Positions 53,167 to 64,000 of a DNA stretch of 64,000 nucleotides are shown here, piece after piece. The stretch lies in the NCBI GenBank assembly GCA_951406725.2, contig OX597823.1, positions 59,458,001-59,522,000 of the forward strand, given 5' to 3'. Source of the DNA: Octopus vulgaris. Lineage: Eukaryota. The position numbers and the translations under genes are program-made. The number at the start of each line of letters is the position of its first letter. The stretch's first letter is position 1. The notes under the pieces are model-generated. The model saw nothing but the letters and a program-made list of their open reading frames with translations, was not told where the DNA came from and ran no database searches.

Positions 53167-53620
53167 TTTTGGCATTGCTAGCTTTCCATACTTTGCGATT
53201 TTGGCATTGCTAGCTTTCCATAATTTGTGATTTTGGCATTGCTAGCTTTCCACACTTTGTGATTTTGGCACTGCTAGCTTTCCATACTTTGTGATTTTGG
53301 CACTGCTAGCTTTCCATACTTTTGATTTTGGCACTGCTAGCTTTCCATACTTTGTGATTTTGGCACTGCTAGGTTTCCATACTTTGTGATTTTGGCACTG
53401 CTAGGTTTCCATACTTTGTGATTTTGGCACTGCTAGCTTTCCATACTTTGTGAATTTTGGCATTGCTAGCTTTCCATACTTTGTGAATTTGGCACTGCTA
53501 GCTTTCCATACTTTGTGATTTTGGCACTGCTAGCTTTCCATACTTTGTGATTTTAGCATTGCTAGCTTTCTATACTTTGTGATTTTGGCATTGCTAGCTT
53601 TCCATACTTTGATTTTGGCA
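53167..53620. repeat. 32-bp minisatellite, ~14 copies
   Basis: Unit ttttggcactgctagctttccatactttgtga. Confidence 0.95.
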
Positions 53621-53662
53621 TATATATACATATATTCATATATATATATATGTGTGTGTGTG

Positions 53663-53804
53663 TGTGGTAAGTAGCTTGCTTACCAGCCACATGGTTCTGA
53701 GTTCAGTCCTACAGCATGGCACCTTGGGAAAGTGTCTTCTACTATAGCCTTGTGAGTGGATTTGGTAGACGGAAACTGAAAGAAACCCGTCATATATATG
53801 TTTA

Positions 53805-53869
<65 letters not shown>

Positions 53870-54092
53870 GTGTGTATATGTTTGAGTGTCTGTGTTTGCC
53901 CCCCCCCCAACATCACTTGACAACCGATGCTGGTGTGTTTACGTCCCCGTAACTTAGCGGTTCGGCAAAAGAGATCCATTAGAATAAGTACTAGGCTTAC
54001 AAAGAATAAATCCCGGGGTCGATTTGCTTGACTAAAGGTGGTGCTCCAGCATGGCCACAGTCAAATGACTGAAACAAGTAAAAGAGTAAAAG
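53663..54092 (+). mobile_element. SINE family A
   Basis: Family A copy with an expanded internal (TA)n. Confidence 0.85.
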
Positions 54093-54154
54093 ATGTATAT
54101 ATATATGTATGTATGTATGTATGTATATGTATGTATGTATGTATGTATGTATTT

Positions 54155-54201
<47 letters not shown>

Positions 54202-54678
54202 GAGAATCTAAAAGTAGGCCACCAAGACCAGATCTTTTATAAGACAGAGAGAACATCAATACTTCATGTTTCTGAGTTCAGATCTTGCATAGCTTGACAT
54301 TTCACCTTTTATTTTTGATCAATAAAATAAGTATTTTGGATGAAAACAACATCAACTAGAGAAGATCAATTACTTAATCCGAAGTCTAGACTTGTTATTG
54401 TCTCCCTCGTATATTAAAGAAGAAAAGGACATTGATTTTAATGTGGCCAATCTGCAGTTCATGCATAATTATAGATAAAGGAGTGCGCGCATGTGTGTGT
54501 GTGTGTGTGTGTGCGTTGATGTTCATTCAAATTGACTTTGCCTGGTACATCGTTCATTATCATCTAGAAACGGTCATAAAAGTTAAAAAATTTAACAAAA
54601 GTGATGGACCTAGATATGCAATGAAAGTAGTTAAGTATGATATACATCATGCATAGACATGTAAAAAACTTATGATTT

Positions 54679-54709
<31 letters not shown>

Positions 54710-55461
54710 GAGAGAAAGAGAGAGAAATGTATGTGTATATGTATGTGTGCATGTATGTACATTTATATATATATATATGCATAAGTACATCTATATAAAT
54801 ACATATATATATATATAAGTGTAATAAACGTATGCTTATCTATCTAACCTCTGACTGTCCCTTACTCTCTCCACATGTATGTGTATGCGAAGGATGGTGT
54901 GTGCTTGTGTATGAGTGTTTATTATATGAAAAGTTGATAGTCTTTTCTGCTTTGTCCCAGACTTGTCTGTTCACGAATCTGAAGTAGAATAAATTCTTTG
55001 CAATTTACAAAGTGGTGTTCTGAGCTTAGATATATGGAAGTGGGTGCTAATAAGTGCCTATGAAAATTAATTTAAAGATTCCTTCTTCAGGGTATTCATT
55101 ATATCCCATACTTGATCGTTGGTGAATCAGACATCAGGAACATTATGCAGTTCCAATAGGGAAGGTCTTCTTATATCTTGCATTTGGTCTGTATATCATT
55201 CTATTTCCCAAGTATCTTTTCTCGGTTTTTTTTTTGTCAGTATTTTTCCCAAATGTTCATTGATGAGAGATGCTACAAGACTTTGTGAACTCTGACAGCT
55301 TCATGATGAGCTGGTATCTCCCACAGACTCTTGGAGCTGTACCTCATCATTGACTTCCAGCATTGAAGATCAGATTATTTTTCTCACTGTTCTTATTTTT
55401 ATCAGAAATACTCTGAAAACAGTGCTTCCATTGACCTGATATTGTTGTTACTATCTCTGTA

Positions 55462-55958
55462 CAGTAATCTCTTGCCATATCACAGTCCACCTATCACGTC
55501 CTCAGTACATCATGGATTTTTCTCGCTAATGCATGTAAATTTATATTGTGGTCACCTCAGTATATCGAGGGTTTCTGCAGCCCGTAGGTATTTGTATTTT
55601 TTTCAGATTTTAATTATATCTCTGGTAAAATAAGAATCTTTACGCCAAATAATTAATAAATTAATAAATAGAAATACAGTACAATATTGCATTGCATAAC
55701 ACATTAATTAAAATATATTAAAAGAGAATACATAGTGTACCATAGAGGAATAAATAAAGAATCACACATACTGTATGGAAAACGAAACTTGAGAGGTAAG
55801 TGTATGATGTTGTTTTGCATTTATAATAAAATAAATATGTACAAATTATAAAAATGATAATAAAAAATAAACAGTACAGTACTGTTTACACTTTGTGGAT
55901 TTTCACCTTTTGCAGGGATTTTTGGAATGTAACACCCATGATAGTTGAGGGATCACTG
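55462..55958. mobile_element. Tigger/pogo-type MITE
   Basis: TA-cagtaatctcttgccatatc ... gatagttgagggatcactg-TA imperfect TIRs. Confidence 0.65.
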
Positions 55959-58274
55959 TAGTCCTCTACCATTTCTCTGCTTTGCCTCCACTTCTTGCTT
56001 TTCACCATCAACTCTAACACTTAATTCTATATGTGAGAGCCAAATTTTCTGCATCACCACACCTTTTTCATTTGTTCTTGCTATGAGATACGTTATTGGG
56101 AGAGCCTTGTGGTCTTTGATAACTTCAAAACCTGCAAGTCATATGCAGCAGATCTCATCCAGCCACTTAATTTTTGTTTGATTCTTCTTTACATCTTCTT
56201 TTAGTCAGAAGAGCAGAGAAAATTTCATGTTCCTTTGCAAGTTCTTCAAGAATTGTTTGGGTAGGGAGGTAATTATCTTGAAAATGCATAGTGGGCCTGA
56301 AGGCTTGCAACAGAACTAACTGCATGATTTCTACAATTGGATGCTCTTCCTACTGTCAGCCCTTTTACAGAGTGTACTTGGTGCTTTTTACATAGTACCA
56401 ACACAGGTACCTTTTACGTGGCATCAGCAGTTGTTAAACTATAAATATCTATGTTTAAAAATGTTAGTACGTTGCCATATTCTCCTGCTTATATTTTATT
56501 AATCCATGTATGTTTGCTTCAAAATTTTCAATTATCAAATTTTGAGGATCGTATTTGTTGCTACCTCATTTGAGACTAACAAGGAAGGCAAAAATATAAG
56601 GTGTCAAAGACTGTTCAATGTCAAAAATTGTCAGTGCCCAAACTTCTAAAATTCCTTGCAGGAAAATGAGACAAAAGAAAACAAGACAAAAGACCTTTCC
56701 TTTCCAGCAAATTAAAAATGGTAAATTCAATTCTTTGCCAGAGTCATACTAGAGACATCTCTTCACCAAGATCGGAAATATTATGAATCATTATAATTAA
56801 GGTATCAGCAAAATGGTCAGATTTTTAGATAGAATTTATTGTCGTATTTTTTTAGGCTCTCTGCTGTTGGAGTTTGAATTCTGCTGAAGTTACTTTTGTG
56901 TTTTATCTTCCAGGGTTGATAAATAAACCACCGGTACAGATTTGAGATTTAGTAGAATAGAATGGGCATTGCATGAGATGACTTGCAGTAACTTTTCCAG
57001 TTCTTTATGCTCTGTGTTCAAATTTTGCCCAGACATTCACTTCCCGTTAATGGCCAAGTCTATCATCAAATCATGAGGGCCACAATTTTTTATGAAAGCT
57101 GCAGCATATTGGAGGAGGAGGTTGGGAGAATTTATGAAACTAAAGATGAAGAGAAGTGGCGGAGTAAGAAAAATTTATGATACTAAAGATGAAGAAAACA
57201 AGAAGGGTGAGAGAGCCAAAGCAGGAAAGAAGAAGAAGAAGAAGGTGGGAAGAAGAAGAAGAAGAAGAAGAAGAAGAAGAAGGTGGAAAAAGAAGAAGAA
57301 GATGAAGATGAAGAAGAAGAAGAAGAAGAACAACAACAACAACAACAAGACAATATTATAAATTGTACATTTGATTAGCTATGTGGTAGGCATCTAGTAA
57401 CAAAATTAAAAAGGGAGAAAAAAAAGAGACATAGATATGAACATGTTTGTATAAATATATATATGTTTATATAAAATATATTTACATCCACCATTTACCT
57501 CCTCCACTGTGCCTCGACTGACCTGCAAATGACCTTACTATATATATTATTGTTCTATATTTGATCAGAAATTCTATAATTTGGCAAGCCTGTCTGTTTC
57601 TATTTTCAGTCTAGTGATAGATTCCTATGTATAAACTGCTTATATGCACAGATAAACAAATATAATGTACAAAATGTGCATGTGTGCATTTGGATATGGA
57701 AGTACATGTGTTTGCTTAGCTGTGTAAATAGACAGCTTTCAGCTCGTACTGTTTTATGTGTGTGCTCTTTTTATTATCTTACTATATACACATGTGTGAG
57801 TATGAATTCATAAACAGACATACACAGACACACACATACATATACACAAACACACATGCACAGATGTATGTATATGAAGCCATTTATATATCTACATTGT
57901 GTGCATGTATGTGTTAGTGAATGTATATACGGGCATATTAATGGCTATTGATTTGCTGTACATATAACAGTATCAGGCAATTTTCTTTCTCTCTCTGTAT
58001 CAATCGTTTACTATATGCTATATGTATGCATGCAAATACATACATGCATACATGCATACACACATACACACACACATACATACATACATACATATATATA
58101 TAAATATATATTTGTGTGTGTATGTATATCTGAGTATGTGTATATGTATGTATATCTATATATACATATATATGTGTGTATATGTATATTTATCTATCTA
58201 TATATATATATGTATGTATGTGTGCATATATATATATTTATTTATTTATACTTATATTGCATATATCACATGTA

Positions 58275-58762
58275 TATGCAGTCTGATCAATAAGTATTGG
58301 GACTGTTGCTATAGTAACGAAGCTAAAGCATGTAGAGTGAAACTGCTAGGCACAGATTAACCTTGAACTTTTCTGTGCATGTGCACTTAGTTTTTATGCT
58401 CTAGCACACTCCCACTGTTTACAGCAGTGCTTGGAAGGAAGGTGTGTAGTGTGTGATTGCCACATTGACCATGACAGAGAGAGAGAGTTGAGCAGAGAGT
58501 CTGCAACAAATTTTTCCAGAAGCTCGGTGATACCTACTCAGAGGCCTATGCAAAGTTTTCAAAGCATTTTCATCATTCTCGACACAATCAAGGAAATCTT
58601 GTGTAACTGAAACCAGAGTGTCTTTTTGGTCAACTGAAAGCAGCTTTGGCACAAACTTGGCAGACATGTATCTCATACTCAAATCTTCTGCGATAATGGA
58701 CTGAACAGAACTGTAACTATCTGCACATCCTCTGATAACTCATGGATGGTGATTTGACGATG
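58275..58762. mobile_element. Rearranged mariner fragment
   Basis: Plus strand ..EQRVCNKFFQKLGDTYSEAYAK from ATG 58471, joined at ~58555 to minus strand RQITIHELSEDVQI..MRYMSAKFVPKLLSVDQK. Confidence 0.8.
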
Positions 58763-58766
58763 CTAC

Positions 58767-58809
58767 TCCAGACTGATGATGAGTAATGACTCTGAAACTA
58801 GTCTCTGGA
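58767..58809 (+). ncRNA. Minimal type I hammerhead ribozyme
   Basis: tccaga-CTGATGA-t-gagt-aatg-actc-t-GAAA-ctag-TC-tctgga. 6-bp stem I, 4-bp stem II, ACTAGT palindromic stem III, GUC triplet. Confidence 0.75.
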
Positions 58810-59083
58810 TGCTGGCTTTGCTGGGTGGAGGTGCTTATCTCTCCTTTGTAAATATAAGGACACAGGAAATGCATCAAGGCCAACAGAAAACAATGTTTCC
58901 TAGGGTTAAATAGCAGTTGCATTCTTCCCTTTCATGGGACTGTCACATTAAGTTGACAACATACCATCACTTTATTGCACTGCTGCTGTATAAATCTCTC
59001 TGAGAGATTTAGAAATGTGTTATTTCAAATAATGCATTAATGTTGATTATGAATATCAACAGCAGAGCTGAATATTGATTTCA

Positions 59084-59345
59084 GATTTTGACACAAGGCC
59101 AGCAATTTCAAGGAAGGAGTAAGTCGACTGCATAAATCCCAATGCTCAACTGGTACTTACTTTATCAACCCTGAAAGGATGAAAGACAAAGTTGACTTTA
59201 GTGGGATTTGAACTCGGAACATAAGAACGAACAAAATACTGCTAAGCATTCTGCCTGGCATGCTAATGATTCTACCAGCTTGCCACCACAAATACCGTTG
59301 AGCATTTTGCCCGGCGTTCTAATGATTCTGGCAGCTTGCTACCTT
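59084..59345 (-). mobile_element. SINE family B
   Basis: Family B core with a duplicated 5' segment. Confidence 0.75.
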
Positions 59346-59904
59346 AGATCAGGTGAATATTGGCAACATTGAAGTAAATCCATTGAAAAATCATGCAAGT
59401 GTTGTCAACATGAAGAGCATTCCTAGAAAATCAGGTAACTATTGACAACAAGAATGGCACCTGACTCTAAAAATCCTACTTCTCATACCAACCCATATCT
59501 AAGCTATTTTGGTATAGAAAAGCAAATGTTAAATGAATGAACAAACCTATGTATAGTGATAACTTGATCAACGAATGGAAGCGTGTATGATTTAATGCAT
59601 GCATCAGTGTGTGTGTGCATGCATGCACAAGTGTGTGTGTGTGTGCATGCATGTGTGTGTGTGTGCATGTGTGAGCAAGTTTCTATGCATATATAAATGT
59701 ATCTAATCAGACAAGCACAAAGCAGATCAACGTACAATCAAAGAATTGTTGTAAATGCTACCTCAGACTGAAGCTCATTGTTCCAAACCTGGATTAAGAA
59801 AGCTGTTTACAGATTAATGTTGTTATCTTTCCATTGGAAATGTATTAATTGATATCTCCCATGCACACTAATGAGCATTGTAATTTATTCACATGCATGT
59901 TTCT

Positions 59905-59909
59905 ATTAC

Positions 59910-59948
<39 letters not shown>

Positions 59949-59974
59949 CATTATTATTATTATTATTATCATTA

Positions 59975-60018
<44 letters not shown>

Positions 60019-60092
60019 TATCATCATCATTATTATTATTATTATTATTATTATCATTATTATCATTATTATCATTATTATTATTATTATCA

Positions 60093-60123
<31 letters not shown>

Positions 60124-60170
60124 CATTATTATCATTATTATCATTATTATTATTATCATTATCATTATTA

Positions 60171-60208
<38 letters not shown>
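59905..60208. repeat. (ATT/ATC)n microsatellite; similar tracts at 50065-50203, 47870-48012 (GAT/GAC) and 57227-57348 (AAG/AAC)
   Basis: Direct inspection. Confidence 0.95.
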
Positions 60209-60209
<1 letters not shown>

Positions 60210-60695
60210 GTTGTTACACATATGTATCACCTAGATTTGACATCCATTTAACGAAATTTCTGGCTGCAAATTGCTTCTTTTTTTTTTTCATGATCATCGT
60301 TATTGTTGCTGATGATGTTGTTGATGATGATGTTGATGATGTTGTTTGATGCTACATTTATTTAGTCTCATATCAGCCTTAAATCAGTTAATACATGATC
60401 AATTGCATTTCACCTATGACCATCCTAGCTTATTTTTCAGGTATACTATTCCTTGGACTACTTGTATATGCAAGCATACATGTGCGTATTGCAAGTCTTA
60501 TATATATATATATATATATTCATGTATGTATAAATAGATGCATAAGTAAATGAATGGAATTTTAGTATTTATTTGATTGGCTACCTGCTTGGTGACAAGA
60601 TTGTAAAGGAAACAGTCTCGTGCTATTAGATATCATTCATAGACGATTCATTCTCCAAAACTTTAGGAGGCTTTGCAAAGTTTTTGCTGTTCCAG

Positions 60696-60726
<31 letters not shown>

Positions 60727-60840
60727 CCATCATCGTCTCAGTGTTCTCGGTCTTACTTGCACTGGTTGATTTTTTGAGAGAGGACAAGAACTTTTTGTTA
60801 TTCTTCTTCTTCTTCTTCTTCTTCTTATTATTATTATTAT

Positions 60841-61033
60841 AGACATCGCACAGTATTCAATAACGTGAGGTTGTTGATTGAAGATATTGTACCGACCAGG
60901 GGTTTGTACAGTTTGCTAAGTCACAACAAGGACCTCAGACAGACAGTACTTTACACAATATGCGTGCAGTTCCAAGCAATGCCGACTTTTGCAATACACC
61001 TAGTATGTAGGGTATTTCTAAGGTTTTCAGATG
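60841..61033 (-). mobile_element. 3' end of a third R4/Dong-like element
   Basis: Minus-strand HLKTLEIPYILGVLQKSALLGTARILCKVLSV*, then a short 3' UTR ending in a (TAA)n tract at 60826-60840. Confidence 0.72.
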
Positions 61034-61039
61034 TTTTTT

Positions 61040-61528
61040 TCAGATTGGGTGGTATTGAATCATTAGTGCACTGGACAAAATGTTTCATGGTATTTCACTT
61101 ATCACTATGTTCTGAGTTTAAATTCTGCCTAGGTCGACTTTGCCTCTCATTTTTTCAAGGTCAATAAATTAAGTCCCAACAAAACATTAGGTTCAATGTC
61201 TCCTCACCCATATTTCAGGCCTTGTGGCTTTAGTAGAAAGGATTATTATTATTGTTGTTATTATTATTATTGTTATTATAATTGTTATTATTATTATCAT
61301 TATTATTATTAGTGAAGGCAGAAAATGGCAGAATTGTTAGCATGCCAGACAAAATACTTAGTGGTATTTCATCTATCTTTATGTTCTGACTTCAAATTCT
61401 TCAGAATTCAATTTTGCCTTTCATCCTTTCAGAGTCAATAAAATAAGTACCAGTTGAGTACTGGGACTGATGTAGTCAACTAATTCCCTCTCCCAATTTT
61501 CAGGTTTTGTGCCTATAACTGAAAGAAT
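61040..61528 (+). mobile_element. Two adjacent SINE family B copies
   Basis: Family B cores at ~61110 and ~61390, separated by (ATT)n. Confidence 0.7.
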
Positions 61529-61811
61529 TATTGTTGTTGTTGTTACTTATAGTATATGAGTTATGTAGCTGTGTTGTTTCTTCAAGAATTCAAGCTCTAT
61601 GATACTTTGATACAAGTAGATTTATGCATATCCACCCACCAGTAATTAGTAAAAAGCTGAATATATTACATGTTGGTCCTAGATTTGTAAGCTCCTCATC
61701 AGTGGCCTCTCTATATCAACTACCTTTATTTATATAAATACAACGAGCTTCCACGCAGTTTTCTAGCTACAGAATTCATTCACAGAGAATTGGTCAGCTT
61801 GGTCTTATACT

Positions 61812-62230
61812 CTTTACTCTTTTTACTCTTTTACTTGTTTCAGTCATTTGACTGTGGCCATGCTGGAGCATCACCTTTAGTCGAGCAAATCGACCCCAGG
61901 ACTTATTCCTTGTAAGCCTAGTACTTACTCTATCACACTCTTTTGCTGAACTGCTAAGTTATGGGGACGTAAGCACACCAGCATCGGTTGTCAAGTGATG
62001 TTGGGAGGGGGGGTACAAACACAGACACACAAACACATATACATACATATAAATATATACATATATACAACAGGCTTCTTTCAGTTTCCATCTACCAAAT
62101 CCACTCACAAGGCTTTAGTCGGCTCGAGGCTATAGTAGAAGACACTTGCCTAAAGTGCCACACAGTGGGACTGAACCCAGACCATGTGGTTGGTAAGCAA
62201 GCTACTTACAACACAGCCACTCCTATGCCT
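61812..62230 (-). mobile_element. SINE family A
   Basis: Reverse-complement copy. Confidence 0.85.
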
Positions 62231-64000
62231 ATAGTAGAAAATCCTTGCCCAAGGTTCCATACAGTGGTCCTAAACCTAACTCTGTGTGTATATAAAGCAA
62301 GCTTCTTAATTGCACGGTCATATGGATCTTGTTTTAACATTGTGGTCTCAGACTGCAATATCAAGTTGATCATGTTTGGTTTTATTAATGTTTCTATATT
62401 TAGGTTCCATTCATATTTTTTCAATTCATCGGTTTCAATATTTTCATTTTTATTCATTGCTGTTTTTTCTCCTTCACTTTTTGTTCCAGATTGTTCTGGC
62501 TGCCATGTTATGTCTCATGGGATGTTAGTATATAAATGATATTCTTTTACAGTTGGTAATAATGTGAGTAGTGTCATTGGTTTTGATTTTACCTAGCATA
62601 CATTTGTTGTCAGCTGATGTTTCCTAATTTTTGTGTTACAGGTCCTGGTGAGGATTTCTTGTTCCTGAATTTCATAGCAGTACCCTTCAAATTGAAATAG
62701 TTCTGTATATATCAATGTGTGTGTGTGTTTGTATGCATATATATATATGTATGTATTGATATATGTATAGACTGCATGTATGTATGTGTGTATGTATGCA
62801 TGCATGTATTGATATATGTATAGACTATGTGCATGCATTTAGATATGTATTTATGAAGTATGTATAAACAGAATATATATGTATGTATATATGTATTTTT
62901 GTATGTATTTATGTATGTATGTATGTATGTATGTATGCATGTATGTATGTATATACATTTTCTATTCCTGAGCATTATACTAATACATCTGTTTGTTTTG
63001 TACACCACCTGTCTTCGTCTTTTGTTTTTTTCGTGAACTCTCCCTATATATATATATATATATATATAGGACGTCTGTATGTATTTATTATTGTATTTAC
63101 ACATCTATGATGTATAGATGTATGATGTGTGTATATGTGATGTGTGTGATGTATATATGTATAATGTTTGTATGATGTATGTATACGTACATATGATGTG
63201 TGCACATGTATGGATGTATATATGTACATATACATAAATCATTTAGTTATCTAAAATTTCTATTTAACTCTAAACTATTGAAACAACGCTGGTTGTTAAT
63301 TTGAACTCAGAGAGGTTAAAAACAAAATCAATAAACAAGATATAAAAAAACAAAATCTTTTTTTTTAAAGAACATTCTAATTTATTAAATAAATAGAAAA
63401 AACAATCATAGTGCAAGCAGAAAATAATTTTTTAAAAATACAGAAATAAATTTGTAAAACTTTAATGAAAATGAAAATAAAAGTATGTAAAAAAATAAAG
63501 AGAAATACAATACCTCCTCAGAAAGAATTTTAATTCTTTCAAGTTCTAGAGGACAATAAGAACTTGGAACTGTTTGGACATGACTAGAAATGATAGCTAA
63601 CTCTACATTATAGATAAAAGTGGCAGTTTTATGAAACTAAATGAGTCGTAATGTTGTGTTAAAAATAGTGATCTTTATGAAAACAATACTAAGTTCACAT
63701 TATATTGTTTTTTATTCAGGTTTTTTTTCTGACTTGATTCATTCGTTGGTTAAAAATAGAATGTTTACTAAAGATGAGGATAATAACATAAGTCAGAATG
63801 CATAATATGATATTCATGGCTTTTGTGATACTGAAAAAATACAACAACAAAAAAGCTAAAATATTCTTTAGTAATACAAAAGAAAATACAATTCTAATGT
63901 AACAATTTTTGTATTCTGGACAGAAATTATTTTTCTTCACTTTTAGCTGGTTCATATATTTATTTAAAGGACCAAAATATATATATAAGAAATCTACATA

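Noticed and set aside
53167-53620. CRISPR-like array
   Set aside because: Head-to-tail repeats without spacers, in eukaryotic DNA with no cas genes.
57092-57361. Lys/Arg-rich protamine-like ORF
   Set aside because: (AAG)n microsatellite.
61988-62539. 183-aa ORF
   Set aside because: Antisense read-through of a family A SINE; similar peptides recur at other copies.
62553-62563. 11-nt AG/GTGAGT-bounded microexon
   Set aside because: Not frame-preserving, and such matches are expected by chance in 64 kb.

Overview
AT-rich, microsatellite-saturated eukaryotic DNA. The repeat landscape strongly suggests an Octopus genome (inference, not searched). There is a 100-N assembly gap at 23293-23392. 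Almost all ORFs in the track are microsatellite artefacts. The only convincing host coding sequence is one 54-nt internal exon (52377-52430, +) encoding part of the BAR domain of an ASAP-family Arf-GAP, so much of the window is probably intronic. The rest is mobile-element debris: many SINE copies (mostly tRNA-derived), RTE LINE fragments, three R4/Dong-like REL retrotransposons sitting in (TAA)n/(TAG)n tracts, Penelope-like GIY-YIG remnants, pogo, mariner, Tc1-like and hAT relics, and MITEs. Most notable: (1) five type I hammerhead ribozyme motifs at four loci, all with palindromic stem III, including a divergent pair in a ~460-bp foldback; (2) a U6 snRNA/LINE-tail chimeric retrocopy nested inside a SINE. 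All coordinates were read by eye, and repeat boundaries are approximate.
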